Shown: positions 29,592 to 39,707 of the stretch, piece by piece
Position numbering within the stretch: position 1 is the stretch's first letter
Layout: the number at the start of each line of letters is the position of its first letter
Origin: Candidatus Bathyarchaeia archaeon
GTDB lineage: Archaea > Thermoproteota > Bathyarchaeia > TCS64
Direction: 5' to 3'
Assembly (NCBI GenBank): GCA_050014495.1
Contig: JBEKDF010000022.1
Span: forward strand, 1-46,918
DNA length: 46,918 bases
The notes under the pieces: model-generated
Told to the model about the DNA's origin: nothing
The model's database searches: none
The model's input: the letters and a program-made list of their open reading frames with translations, nothing else
Program-made: the position numbers and the translations under genes

Positions 29592-32126
29592 ATGTGTTCC
29601 CAGTTGCCACGAGAGGGTAAGCCTAAGGATTCTAGCAAAGCAATCGATCAGTATAAACACCTGGGAGCAGAGAGAACCAATAATCCTCCAGTGGGGCTTG
29701 TCTCTTCGGAGAATGACCCGAATGAGCCAAAAAAAGTGTATCAGTATGATCCTCACTTAGACCCACAGCTCGTTTGGGCAGGGAAAGCAGAAAGGACAAG
29801 TTTCGATGTGGATACCGTCAGTCTCCATGTTCATGAGCGAATCGACCCTAGGACCATTATAGACGCGGTTAGGAGGAAGAGGCCACAGCAACAGCTTGTC
29901 TCATTCTTCGCTTCGCAAGGGGAGAACCCACCTTATAGGGACGCAATTGAGTTTTACAGGCACAGGCACGGGTGGAGTAATAGGCTGATTGCAGGGGATA
30001 ACCTGCTAGTAATGAATTCGCTTCTTCAGAAGGAGGGGATGGCAGAGAAAGTGCAAATGATCTATATTGATCCCCCCTATGGCATAAAGTATGGTAGCAA
30101 CTTCCAGCCTTTCGTCAACAAACTTGATGTACAAGATGGAAAGGATGAGGATCTAACGCAAGAGCCAGAAATGATTAAAGCCTTCCGAGACACATGGGAA
30201 CTCGGAATACATAGTTATCTCACATATCTTCGTGACAGGTTATTATTGGCGAGGGAACTCCTCACGGAGACTGGAAGTATATTCGTTCAAATAAGCGATG
30301 AAAATATACATCATGTAAAAGAATTAATGGATGAAATTTTTTCTTCTAATAACTTTTGTGGAATAATTCCTTTTGTGAAGACAACAGGTCAAACATCTAA
30401 AATACTCTCTCCTGTTTGTGATTACCTTTTATGGTATGGAAAAAATAAAGAAGTTATAAAATATCACGAATTATACATTAAAAGACAATATGATAAAGAA
30501 AGTTTAGTTTCTGGAAACTATAGGTGGGTTGAATTAGATGATGGAGAACGACGAAAGTTATCATTAAATGAGTTAGAAAAACCACAATTATTGCCTCCCT
30601 CTTGGAAAATATTTGCCTTAAGTGGCACTTCTTCGCAGACGCGAGGTAGTGAAGCCCCTTCTGCATTCATCTTTGAAGGAAAAAACTTCAAGCCAGAAGC
30701 TTCGCGTGGGTGGAGCACTTCTATAACTGGATTGGAACAATTAAAGAAAGAAAAACGTCTGTATGCTTTAGGAAATACCTTACGTTATGTACGTTATTTT
30801 AAGGATTTTCCCTATCAACCCCTTAGAGGTTTATGGACCGATACCGGAATAAGCGGCTATGCCTCCGATAAAAAATACGTTGTTCAAACTAATGTCAAAG
30901 TACCTGAAAGATGTATATTAATGACGACTGATCCCGGCGACTTGATTTTAGATCCAACTTGTGGAGGAGGTACAACCACTTATGCAGCAGAACAATGGGG
31001 TCGGCGATGGATTACTTGTGATACATCACGAGTAGCTATCACACTAGCAAAAGAACGACTAATGACCGCCTCATATTTCTATTACGATCTTCGTAACCCC
31101 AAAGAAGGAGTTAGTAGTGGTTTCAATTACAATACAGCTCTCCATACCACTCTGAAGAACATTGCTAACACTGAGCCACCCGAGTCAGTGGAGCTTTACG
31201 ACCAGCCCACTATTGATAAGAGTAAGGTCCGCGTCACTGGTCCATTCACTGTCGAAGCAGTCCCTGCGCCCTATGTAATTCCCGTTGGTGAATCACTGTC
31301 CCAACAAGAAGCCGATGCATCCATAACTCGCACTGGAGAGACCAGCCGACAGGGAGATTGGCGCAGTGAACTCTTAAAGACTGGAATCCGTGCCAAGGGA
31401 GGACAGTTTATCCAGTTCACCTGTGTCGAAACACTACAAGGCGCCCATTGGCTACACGCCGAAGCCGAGACGAAAGAAGACGAACCGAAACGTGTTATCA
31501 TTAGCTTTGGACCAGACTACGCTCCACTTGAACAAAAGCAAGTAGAAAAAGCACTGGAAGAAGCATCCCACCTCTTCCCAAAACCCAAGATGATGGTTTT
31601 CGTAGCCTTCCAGTTTGACCCTGAAGCAGCCAAGGATATTGATGAGGCCAAAACGGGTATGACCCTCCTCAAGGTCCAGATGAACGCTGATCTCCTCACA
31701 GAAGACCTCAAAAAGAAGTCCAGTAACCAGAGTTTCTGGCTCATCGGGCAACCGGACGTGACAGTTGAGAAGCTAGCATCAGGATCTGACGCTGGGAAAA
31801 CTGTTGTAACCGTCAACGGCTTCGACTACTACGATCCACGTACCGGAGAAATCAAGAGCGGCGGACCCACCAACATTGCAGTATGGATGCTTGATCCAGA
31901 CTACGATGGACGGAGCCTATATCCACGACAAGTCTTCTTCCCAATGGCGGACACCGACGAAGGCTGGACACGCCTCGCTCGTAACCTCAAAGCAGAGATC
32001 GACACCGATCTAATCGAACGTTACCATGGAAATAAGAGCCTCCCCTTCATTCCCGGTGATTATATCGCTGTTAAGATTATTGATGACCGTGGTATCGAGA
32101 GCCTCAAGATCATTCGGGTGAGTTAG
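29592..32126 (+). CDS. Site-specific N6-adenine DNA methyltransferase (type III RM Mod-like)
   Basis: IYIDPPYG catalytic motif, LDPTCGGGTT SAM-binding motif, AVKIIDDRG.E tail; start likely TTG 29604. Confidence 0.92.
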   Translation: MCSQLPREGKPKDSSKAIDQYKHLGAERTNNPPVGLVSSENDPNEPKKVYQYDPHLDPQLVWAGKAERTSFDVDTVSLHVHERIDPRTIIDAVRRKRPQQQLVSFFASQGENPPYRDAIEFYRHRHGWSNRLIAGDNLLVMNSLLQKEGMAEKVQMIYIDPPYGIKYGSNFQPFVNKLDVQDGKDEDLTQEPEMIKAFRDTWELGIHSYLTYLRDRLLLARELLTETGSIFVQISDENIHHVKELMDEIFSSNNFCGIIPFVKTTGQTSKILSPVCDYLLWYGKNKEVIKYHELYIKRQYDKESLVSGNYRWVELDDGERRKLSLNELEKPQLLPPSWKIFALSGTSSQTRGSEAPSAFIFEGKNFKPEASRGWSTSITGLEQLKKEKRLYALGNTLRYVRYFKDFPYQPLRGLWTDTGISGYASDKKYVVQTNVKVPERCILMTTDPGDLILDPTCGGGTTTYAAEQWGRRWITCDTSRVAITLAKERLMTASYFYYDLRNPKEGVSSGFNYNTALHTTLKNIANTEPPESVELYDQPTIDKSKVRVTGPFTVEAVPAPYVIPVGESLSQQEADASITRTGETSRQGDWRSELLKTGIRAKGGQFIQFTCVETLQGAHWLHAEAETKEDEPKRVIISFGPDYAPLEQKQVEKALEEASHLFPKPKMMVFVAFQFDPEAAKDIDEAKTGMTLLKVQMNADLLTEDLKKKSSNQSFWLIGQPDVTVEKLASGSDAGKTVVTVNGFDYYDPRTGEIKSGGPTNIAVWMLDPDYDGRSLYPRQVFFPMADTDEGWTRLARNLKAEIDTDLIERYHGNKSLPFIPGDYIAVKIIDDRGIESLKIIRVS

Positions 32127-34913
32127 TTGTCAAATACAGCTACCCGGAAGATTGACCGGCTAATTATCAACAGCCCCTATGAAGCGCCTAAAGAACATTG
32201 GGAACGTGTACAAGGAACAACAAGCTATTTTCGCCGTGCTCCGGGGCGTCGTAGTGCAGGATACATTAAAGCTGGTGATACAAGAAACCCGGACGACCCC
32301 GGTGTTTTCATCCCAATAGAATTGGTCAACCAGATCCGCATGCATGTTGATAAGTGGCGTGAGGACGGATACCCCGGTGTCACTGGAACAACTCATCATC
32401 TTCTCGAACACTGGTACAATAATCAGGAAAGAAACCACCGCTTCTTCTATTGTCAACTTGAAGCTATGGAAACAATTATCTGGCTAACGGAGGCACCACC
32501 AAGTAGCCGTGAAGGAATTATCATTCCTGGTGACGGTGGACCAATCCGCCGTCTCTGCTGTAAAATGGCGACTGGTACCGGAAAAACCACCGTAATGGCT
32601 ATGCTCGCTGCTTGGCAGATCCTAAATAATGTCGCATCCCCAGAAGATCCACGATACACCCGTTTTCTCCTAATTCTAACCCCCAATCTCACAATCCGCA
32701 ACCGTCTCCAAGTTCTCAAACCCGACGATGTAGGCAACTATTTTGATGAATTCAACGTCGTCCCTTATGATCTTAGAGAACAACTTCGTCAAGGTAAACT
32801 CAAAGTCACAAACTGGCATACTCTAGCCTGGGACGACGATGAGAAGGTCAAGCGTCGAAGAAGTGTCGACAAACGTGGTGCTCTGAGTGACGAAGCGTAC
32901 ACTCGCGAGGTTCTTGGCGATCTTGCCCAACACCGTCGTATCCTCGTAATCAACGATGAAGCCCACCACGCTTGGCGAAGACCAGCGGGAGCCAAATACA
33001 AACTCGACAAAGAGGAGGAAGAGATCGCCACAGTCTGGATCAATGGCCTCGACCGCATCAATAAGACACGAGGCATCCACACCTGCTACGACTTCACCGC
33101 CACACCATTTGCCCCCACAGGCAAAGCCAGCCCCGAAGAAACCCTCTACCCCTGGATAATCAGCGACTTCAACCTCAACGACGCCATAGAATCCGGTCTC
33201 GTAAAGACCCCTCGCATAGTCTTCCGAGACGACGCTGTACCTGATAAAAGCTATCGTAGCAAACTCTACCATATATATGCTCAACCCGAAGTACACGGAG
33301 ACCTCAACCGAAAAGCAGACCCAGAGGAACCTCTTCCAAGCCTAGTTGAACAAGCCTACATGCTCCTATCAGAAGACTGGTATGCTGCATACAAACAGTG
33401 GAACGCAGAGGGCTTCCCTACGCCCCCTGTAATGATCACAGTCGCAAACAGAACTGAAACAGCAGCCCGAATAAAACATGCCTTTGACGGCAACAACTTT
33501 CACTGTGACGAATTATCCCAACCTGACAAAACGATACATATCGACTCCAAGATACTCAAAGCTGACATCGAAGGCGAGGAAATCAGCCCCCAAGAAGAGG
33601 AAAAAGAGGAAGAACACGGAGAACGCAAACTCACAAAGAAAGAGCAGGAAGACGTCATACGCAGACAGGTCGACACCGTAGGCAAACGAGGACAACCTGG
33701 TGAACAGATTCGAAATGTGATCAGTGTTGGCATGTTGAGCGAGGGCTGGGACTGTCGTACTGTCACACATATTATGGGTCTTCGAGCCTTTACCAGTCAA
33801 CTACTTTGTGAACAGGTTGTAGGTCGCGGATTACGCCGAACAAGCTACGATGTAGACTCTGTAACTGGATTATTTGATCCAGAATACGTCAACATCTTTG
33901 GTGTCCCATTCAGTTTCCTACCTCATGAAGAGGAGGAGGGTCGCCACTCTAAGCCTCCCAAGGCTCGTTTCCCTATTGAGCCTAGCACAGCTAAAATCCA
34001 GTATGAATTACGAATCCCCAATGTCACACGTGTTGACCACATCTTTAAACCAACCCTCACGCTCGACCTCGACAAGCTACAAGAGTTAACAATCGACGCC
34101 ATTGACATTAGAACACAGGCAGACATGGCTCCTATGATAGACGGTAAACCCGATATAACCAAATTAACAACTATCGAACTCAAGGAGCTGGCAGAACGCA
34201 ACCGTACACAGCGTATCGTCTTCGAGGCTGCTAAGCGCCTCTACGACCAGATGAAGGGCGATTGGGGAGGAGACGAGATCCACCTAATCAGCCAACTCAT
34301 CCAGATTATCGAACAGTTCATGGTGAAGGGAAAGATACGCATTAAGCCTCCAGATTGGGACCGCGACGACTTTAAGCGCCGTATTGCTTTGACCCTAAGC
34401 ATCTCTACTATAACTAACCACATCTATCAGCACATTCGCCTCACAAGTACTGAGAGACTGGAACCCCAGTTCAATCAAGATCGCTCACTAATTTGGACTG
34501 GCGATATGCGAACTTGGTACACGAGTAAACCTCACACGGACACTCTCAAGAGTCACATAAACTACGCAGTCTACGACAGTCGCTGGGAGGCCACCGAAGC
34601 CTTCGAACTGGACCGTAACCCCTCCGTCGATAGCTGGGTCAAGAACGACCACCTAGGCTTTGAGATCCACTACATACACGGAGGAGTCCACCACAATTAC
34701 CGACCAGATTACGTTATACGATTAACAAACGGTACATACCTAATCCTAGAAGTGAAAGGCCAGCCAACCCAACAGGACCGCAGCAAAGAGATCGCTCTGC
34801 AGGAGTGGATAGAGGCAGTGAACACACATGGTGGCTTCGGAAAATGGGTATACGCTCAATCTACCCACCCTAAGGATATCAAGGACATTATAACAAATGT
34901 AATTACAACTTAA
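32127..34913 (+). CDS. Type III-like restriction subunit (SF2 helicase plus PD-(D/E)xK nuclease; BPTD_3080-like)
   Basis: MATGTGKT, DEAHH, SEGWD, QVVGRGLRR and YRPDY...LEVKG; abuts the Mod gene. Confidence 0.92.
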   Translation: MSNTATRKIDRLIINSPYEAPKEHWERVQGTTSYFRRAPGRRSAGYIKAGDTRNPDDPGVFIPIELVNQIRMHVDKWREDGYPGVTGTTHHLLEHWYNNQERNHRFFYCQLEAMETIIWLTEAPPSSREGIIIPGDGGPIRRLCCKMATGTGKTTVMAMLAAWQILNNVASPEDPRYTRFLLILTPNLTIRNRLQVLKPDDVGNYFDEFNVVPYDLREQLRQGKLKVTNWHTLAWDDDEKVKRRRSVDKRGALSDEAYTREVLGDLAQHRRILVINDEAHHAWRRPAGAKYKLDKEEEEIATVWINGLDRINKTRGIHTCYDFTATPFAPTGKASPEETLYPWIISDFNLNDAIESGLVKTPRIVFRDDAVPDKSYRSKLYHIYAQPEVHGDLNRKADPEEPLPSLVEQAYMLLSEDWYAAYKQWNAEGFPTPPVMITVANRTETAARIKHAFDGNNFHCDELSQPDKTIHIDSKILKADIEGEEISPQEEEKEEEHGERKLTKKEQEDVIRRQVDTVGKRGQPGEQIRNVISVGMLSEGWDCRTVTHIMGLRAFTSQLLCEQVVGRGLRRTSYDVDSVTGLFDPEYVNIFGVPFSFLPHEEEEGRHSKPPKARFPIEPSTAKIQYELRIPNVTRVDHIFKPTLTLDLDKLQELTIDAIDIRTQADMAPMIDGKPDITKLTTIELKELAERNRTQRIVFEAAKRLYDQMKGDWGGDEIHLISQLIQIIEQFMVKGKIRIKPPDWDRDDFKRRIALTLSISTITNHIYQHIRLTSTERLEPQFNQDRSLIWTGDMRTWYTSKPHTDTLKSHINYAVYDSRWEATEAFELDRNPSVDSWVKNDHLGFEIHYIHGGVHHNYRPDYVIRLTNGTYLILEVKGQPTQQDRSKEIALQEWIEAVNTHGGFGKWVYAQSTHPKDIKDIITNVITT

Positions 34914-34963
34914 CTATGACATGCTGCGTGCGCTTGAGCTTAATTTTATAAGTTTTTAAGTAA

Positions 34964-35581
34964 TCAGATTTTAATTAGTTTAGCATTTTTAATAATAAAT
35001 TGACTAAATTCTCTATCGGTTGACCTTAGATGGTCATATTCTTTAGCGAGTTTCTTAGCCTCATTCTTGTCATTTTCAGTTAGTTTTATTGTCGCAAAAG
35101 TAAAGGCGAAATAGAGATGAACAATAGCAGGTAGAAAATGTGTTTTAAAATCTATCTCATTAAGGTACTCATAAAAATCCCTAGAGTCGTATTTTTCGAT
35201 GAGGTCAAGCATCTTTGGTAAATTTTTTTCGTAGTCTCCTTTTATTATAATACTTGTTTTATCTTGTCCGAAGTCCATTGGGAACTCTATTGATCTGCCT
35301 CGTCGTCTATCACCAGCTACCTCAGGTTTTACTTTTTTGTTTTTAACAAGGTATTGTAATCCGTAGAAAGTTAACTTGTAGTACTTTGTTTGTATTCGTT
35401 GAGATCGTTGTGAAGATTTTTCTTCGGAGACTTCGATATATTTCAGTTCTACCAGTTTCCTGATTTGGTCATAGACTGAACTCGAGGCTAAATAATGCTT
35501 CTTATCAGACAGACGATACTTGTTCTGTGGGCCTTCCTCGAGTAGAATTTGGAGTATCTCATCCCGTACGACACTGACCAT
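34964..35581 (-). CDS. wHTH-domain putative regulator
   Basis: ILQILLEEGPQNKY...IRKLVELKYI...YYKLTFYG; divergent from the replication-like module. Confidence 0.7.
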   Translation of the reverse strand: MVSVVRDEILQILLEEGPQNKYRLSDKKHYLASSSVYDQIRKLVELKYIEVSEEKSSQRSQRIQTKYYKLTFYGLQYLVKNKKVKPEVAGDRRRGRSIEFPMDFGQDKTSIIIKGDYEKNLPKMLDLIEKYDSRDFYEYLNEIDFKTHFLPAIVHLYFAFTFATIKLTENDKNEAKKLAKEYDHLRSTDREFSQFIIKNAKLIKI

Positions 35582-35835
35582 ATGTAAAATACATACCCTC
35601 GGGTTTTGATACGTCTTTTGGTCAGAATCGACTTCCCAATGAATTACCTCCTGTTAAATCGCCATGAAAAAATATGGTAAGGGTCCGATCCCAAAATCGG
35701 AGTTGCAACCCGAAGAGGGTACACCGAATGAATGTCGTGAGAATCGAAGTGTACTTGGACTTCCTCACGAACAGCTACGCCCAAATCAAGCTACTCTTGA
35801 CCAATGCCCCACCGGATTAAGGAGAGGTCATCTAC

Positions 35836-36546
35836 ATGACTAAGAATGCCCTGACTGAGATATACCGACCACTAGAATGGCCTGACCTTATGTGGCAGTT
35901 AGTCGCTGTGCGCTGCCTCCTAAACTGGGCTTGTTGTGGAGGTCGCGCCAACCTACTACTTTACGGCCCACCTGGATGCGGTAAAACAAGCGCGGTCCCC
36001 ATAGCAGTACGAGACGCTTTCAACTCCTACAAGAAAGCAATGACCATCACTCAAGACTTTGGAACATATACTCCAGACTCATGGAAAGACGCCTATACTG
36101 TACTAAACGGCAGAGACCTTGCATCAACCCTGAACGAGAAAATCGATGGTATACTGCGGTCCAGATACCTCCAGTGGATACACATCGACGAAGCCGATGG
36201 TCTCACGGCAGGCGACCAGGAGAGGCTGAGAAAACGTATGGAGGGTAACTCCATAGCGACATTCATCCTCACTTGCAATGAACGGGACAAGATACAAAAA
36301 GCGATAGTCTCCAGGTGCCGTGTAATCCCATTTAAGCCTCTCCCTACGCAACTCGTTGCCCAGAGACTCCTCTATATAAGCATCAAAGAAGGATTCTGCG
36401 GTAACCCGCCGACCCAGGAGGAGAACAACTTCCTCCTAAAACTGGCGGAACGCTCCAGAGGCGATCTTCGAGTAATCGATGATCTCGATCTCTATGTTAA
36501 GGACGGTAAACTGGATGCGGAGGCCATGAAAGACTTTGAGTCTTGA
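35836..36546 (+). CDS. Clamp-loader (RFC small subunit)-like AAA+ ATPase, C-terminally short
   Basis: TEIYRP, GPPGCGKT, IDEAD, SRC arginine-finger and GDLR motifs; only 236 aa. Confidence 0.82.
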   Translation: MTKNALTEIYRPLEWPDLMWQLVAVRCLLNWACCGGRANLLLYGPPGCGKTSAVPIAVRDAFNSYKKAMTITQDFGTYTPDSWKDAYTVLNGRDLASTLNEKIDGILRSRYLQWIHIDEADGLTAGDQERLRKRMEGNSIATFILTCNERDKIQKAIVSRCRVIPFKPLPTQLVAQRLLYISIKEGFCGNPPTQEENNFLLKLAERSRGDLRVIDDLDLYVKDGKLDAEAMKDFES

Positions 36547-37816
36547 TTCTCTATACGCCAACGATCCCACCCTCCTGAAGACTCTCACAGACCCGCTAGC
36601 ACACGCTAGGTCTTTGCTGAGCAAGGTCATCGCGGGCGAGGAACAGAACGCGTTAACACTTTACCTAGTCACAGCCAGCTACGTTACTGAAAGACCCCTT
36701 AGTGCCTTTCTCCAAGGCCGTAGCGGCCTAGGCAAGACTCATGTCCTCGAAGGTGTGACCAGTCTATTCCCGCCCTCTGATCTCATCAAGATCAGCCGAT
36801 CAACTGACAAGTGGCTTGACTATTGCGAGAACCTTCTCATGCATAAGATTCTGTACTTCGGCCAGCTACGCGACATGGACAAGTCTGAGTCGCTCCAAAT
36901 GCTTCTCACTGAAAATGGCATCGCTACTATGACCTTAGAACGAGCCGGAAAAACATTCGCTCCAACCCAAAAGACCACGCAGGGACTGTTTAGCGTGCTC
37001 TCAAGTACTGTCGAGCACTACGAGCCGCAGATGGATACTCGGGTCTTCACTCTGACCCCCGATGACTCTCAGGAGCAGACAGCACGAATTATGGCTCTCC
37101 AGCAGCATCAAAGCGCCTATCCCTGGGAAATCATAGATGTTAAGGAACCAACGGAGGAACTACGTAAGGCAGTGTCATGGCTAAGAGACCTCGGTGTCAA
37201 GGACGTCGTCGTTCCCTTCGCGAAACTGATCAAAATGCCGACCCATGTGACCCGTGCGAGGCGGGATTGGCAGAAGCTGGAAGGACTCACAAAGAGTCTC
37301 GCAATGCTGCGCCAGACGCAACGTGACATCATCGAAGTAGGGGGCAAGAAGTACGTAGTCGCTGAGTGGCAGGATTTCCTCGAAGTGCTGAACATTGCGG
37401 GTGGGATTCTCCATGGCACGCTGACTGGTCTATCTGAGCGTCAGCAGACCGTTCTCAGCATTGTAGGCGAGTACTTCATGGGTTCAGAGTTCAGTGTCAG
37501 CGACGTCTGCGAGAGATGCAGGAGCAAAGTGGGCCTAGGTCCAACAGCGATGAAGCGTCTGCTCGCAGATCTCTGTCGATTGGACTATGTTGAGCAGACT
37601 CGTCGGGGTGGGGGCTATAGCAGGCAGAACCTGTACCGTCTTCTGTCGGATGGGCATGACAAGCTCGGCTCCGTTGCCTACATCCCCAGCGAAGCAGATA
37701 TGGGTGATTTCGTGACGGAGTGGAGAAGCTTGCTTGGCGGAGCTCAATGGCATCGCTATGAAGGTTTGCGTCTTGTACCAAAGGATGCTGTTCAAGTTGA
37801 AGTGAAGGTAGTCTAG
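36536..37816 (+). CDS. AAA+ ATPase with C-terminal wHTH (mobile-element helicase-like replication protein)
   Basis: VIAGE, Walker A GRSGLGKT, DTR, RARRD, C-terminal FSVSDV HTH; overlaps the upstream gene. Confidence 0.7.
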   Translation: MSLDSLYANDPTLLKTLTDPLAHARSLLSKVIAGEEQNALTLYLVTASYVTERPLSAFLQGRSGLGKTHVLEGVTSLFPPSDLIKISRSTDKWLDYCENLLMHKILYFGQLRDMDKSESLQMLLTENGIATMTLERAGKTFAPTQKTTQGLFSVLSSTVEHYEPQMDTRVFTLTPDDSQEQTARIMALQQHQSAYPWEIIDVKEPTEELRKAVSWLRDLGVKDVVVPFAKLIKMPTHVTRARRDWQKLEGLTKSLAMLRQTQRDIIEVGGKKYVVAEWQDFLEVLNIAGGILHGTLTGLSERQQTVLSIVGEYFMGSEFSVSDVCERCRSKVGLGPTAMKRLLADLCRLDYVEQTRRGGGYSRQNLYRLLSDGHDKLGSVAYIPSEADMGDFVTEWRSLLGGAQWHRYEGLRLVPKDAVQVEVKVV

Positions 37817-37837
37817 TCACTCTCGTCAGCGTGCAGT

Positions 37838-38572
37838 TCAGCTTGATTCTCGGATTCTTTTTATCCGTTTGCTAATAGCTGGGTGGGATTCACAAGGTTC
37901 ATTTTGTTTTACTATGTCCACTTCAAGTGCAGCGAGTGCAGAAATCATCGAATCTTTATTCGTATATTTCGCACCATATTGATCTGCCTTGAATTCTGCC
38001 CACCACTGAATTGGAATAGTCGCGATCATCAAATAGGCAAATGTTCCGACATATAGCATAATTAACGGCACGTTTGACCAGCTTAAGGCTAAGTAACCAC
38101 TGATGGGAAGTGTATACATGAGAATGACTACAGCGTGTTTTCCCTTTATATGCCCGAATTCGTGAGCAACAACTGAAGTAATTTGTTCCATGTTAAGTTT
38201 GAGAAGCAGTTTTTCACCTACATACAAGCTGGATCCACGAACAAACGCATTGAATAGTTCAGGTACTACTTTCATTGTTTTTACTTTGACTCCCATGTCT
38301 GCTGCAAGTTTTTTTAATTCTCGTGGAAGTGGCTGTTCACTGGACTTGACAAATATCATCTGCAGGTTGTTCACATAGCCGGGGACGTATGAGTAAACAA
38401 AGAGTTCTGCTCCAATTAGGAAAACAATCAAAGATAGCAGTTTGATGTAAGGCGAGTTAAAGGCATTGAATAAAGCTACTCCAAGAGCAACAGTCAAACA
38501 AACCCGTATACGGTTCGTAAAGCCTAATTTTTTAATCCCAAACCAGACTGTATTAGCGTAATCAGTCTTCAT
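37838..38572 (-). CDS. M48 (HtpX-like) membrane zinc metallopeptidase
   Basis: NAFV, HEFGH, EFKADQY and SHP...RI motifs with TM helices. Confidence 0.85.
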   Translation of the reverse strand: MKTDYANTVWFGIKKLGFTNRIRVCLTVALGVALFNAFNSPYIKLLSLIVFLIGAELFVYSYVPGYVNNLQMIFVKSSEQPLPRELKKLAADMGVKVKTMKVVPELFNAFVRGSSLYVGEKLLLKLNMEQITSVVAHEFGHIKGKHAVVILMYTLPISGYLALSWSNVPLIMLYVGTFAYLMIATIPIQWWAEFKADQYGAKYTNKDSMISALAALEVDIVKQNEPCESHPAISKRIKRIRESS

Positions 38573-38575
38573 TTT

Positions 38576-38773
38576 TCATTTGCCTCCAATTATCTTTTTT
38601 ATTTTTTCTTGAAGATTGACTACTTCTTCTTGGTCATTATCATCGAAATGAAATCCTTTCTTGGCCATTACATCGATGTACTCGCTTCGACTCATCCCAA
38701 GGCTCTTTGACTTATTATCTATGTTCTGTATCGCTTCATCAGAGAGACTTAGACTAATTATCTTCTTTGGCAT
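38576..38773 (-). CDS. Ribbon-helix-helix (CopG-like) protein
   Basis: KIISLSLS strand and GMSRSEYI turn-helix. Confidence 0.82.
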   Translation of the reverse strand: MPKKIISLSLSDEAIQNIDNKSKSLGMSRSEYIDVMAKKGFHFDDNDQEEVVNLQEKIKKIIGGK

Positions 38774-39022
38774 TCTATACTAATAGTGGCTATTAGTGAT
38801 TAATAAATTTGTTGTTACGGGTAGAGAATATTCAAGTCCAGCGAATAAATCGGAGTTTCATAGATGGGAACCGGGCGCACGCGCAACTATTTCTGGTAGG
38901 TGAGCAAGATATCGTTGGACTTTCACTCGAGCTAATCTATTTTACTTACAACCCTTCTGACGTAATATTTACAATATAATAACAATTAAATAACGTAAAA
39001 ATCTAGATATAATCGACCCTTT

Positions 39023-39184
39023 ATGAGTGAGGAAAAATTGATAGTTGAGGTCTGGATGCCACCATACCTACGTGATCGGATCAGAAATGCTGAGGCTAGG
39101 TTCTGGCCCTATCCGCATAAACAATTACCCTTGTATTTAGTTTTAGAGAAAATCCTCGACCAGTGGGAGGCGTCATGTCAGTGA
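39023..39184 (+). CDS. Small RHH-like protein (53 aa, not in the ORF track)
   Basis: MSEEKLIVEVWMPPYLRDRIRN...LYLVLEKILDQWEASCQ, a strand-helix-helix pattern like 40523..40705. Confidence 0.55.
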   Translation: MSEEKLIVEVWMPPYLRDRIRNAEARFWPYPHKQLPLYLVLEKILDQWEASCQ

Positions 39185-39297
39185 ACTGTCTAAGAGATGA
39201 AATGCCCTGCGTAGAGACCCAGTGTAGATTCTATGAACCGTGCGAGGTCAGTGGATTTGAGTGGGAGAACACTCAGGAAAAATTAAACAACGATTAA
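39181..39297 (+). CDS. Cys-rich microprotein (38 aa)
   Basis: GTG overlaps the upstream TGA; MNCLRDEMPCVETQCRFYEPCEVSGFEWENTQEKLNND has 4 Cys. Confidence 0.4.
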   Translation: MNCLRDEMPCVETQCRFYEPCEVSGFEWENTQEKLNND

Positions 39298-39360
39298 TCG
39301 ATTATTTTTAGATAAAAGAAACATAATTTAACCAATAATCAACTTGAATAAAAATCCTCG

Positions 39361-39381
39361 AATAATCACATCGTGATTATT
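39361..39381. promoter_or_regulatory. Perfect palindrome AATAATCAC-ATC-GTGATTATT
   Basis: 9-bp arms directly upstream of TTATA at 39388-39392. Confidence 0.5.
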
Positions 39382-39414
39382 TCATAATTATAGCTCCACT
39401 CCGAGGGATACTCT

Positions 39415-39528
39415 ACTCCCCAAAACACTAGCTAGACGGAGACACACCACCGTAAAACCTCAGTGCCACCCTGAGTCCGGGGATTCAAATCGATAACGGA
39501 CAGGTACAAACCGGTGTTTTGATGGAGT
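39415..39528. ncRNA. Candidate multi-branch structured RNA or ssDNA element upstream of the recombinase
   Basis: Closing stem ACTCC..CAAAACAC / GTGTTTTG..GGAGT enclosing hairpins ACGG/CCGT, CTCAG/CTGAG and TCCG/CGGA. Confidence 0.45.
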
Positions 39529-39707
39529 TAGGTCATCTAATGTAGGAATTATAGGGGTTTACCCGGAATCCGGGAAAGAAGGGTACCAAAGATGATATAA
39601 TATTAATCAATAATACCCCTAACTGAGAAAGCATTTTCCATCTTTTCAAGGGCACAAGAACCCTCATAAATTAGTACATATATATTACTTTATAGAGGTT
39701 TATCTTT

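Noticed and set aside
39478..39495. GGATTCAAATC as a tRNA T-arm or att site
   Set aside because: No canonical cloverleaf spacing or acceptor end, and no second copy seen.
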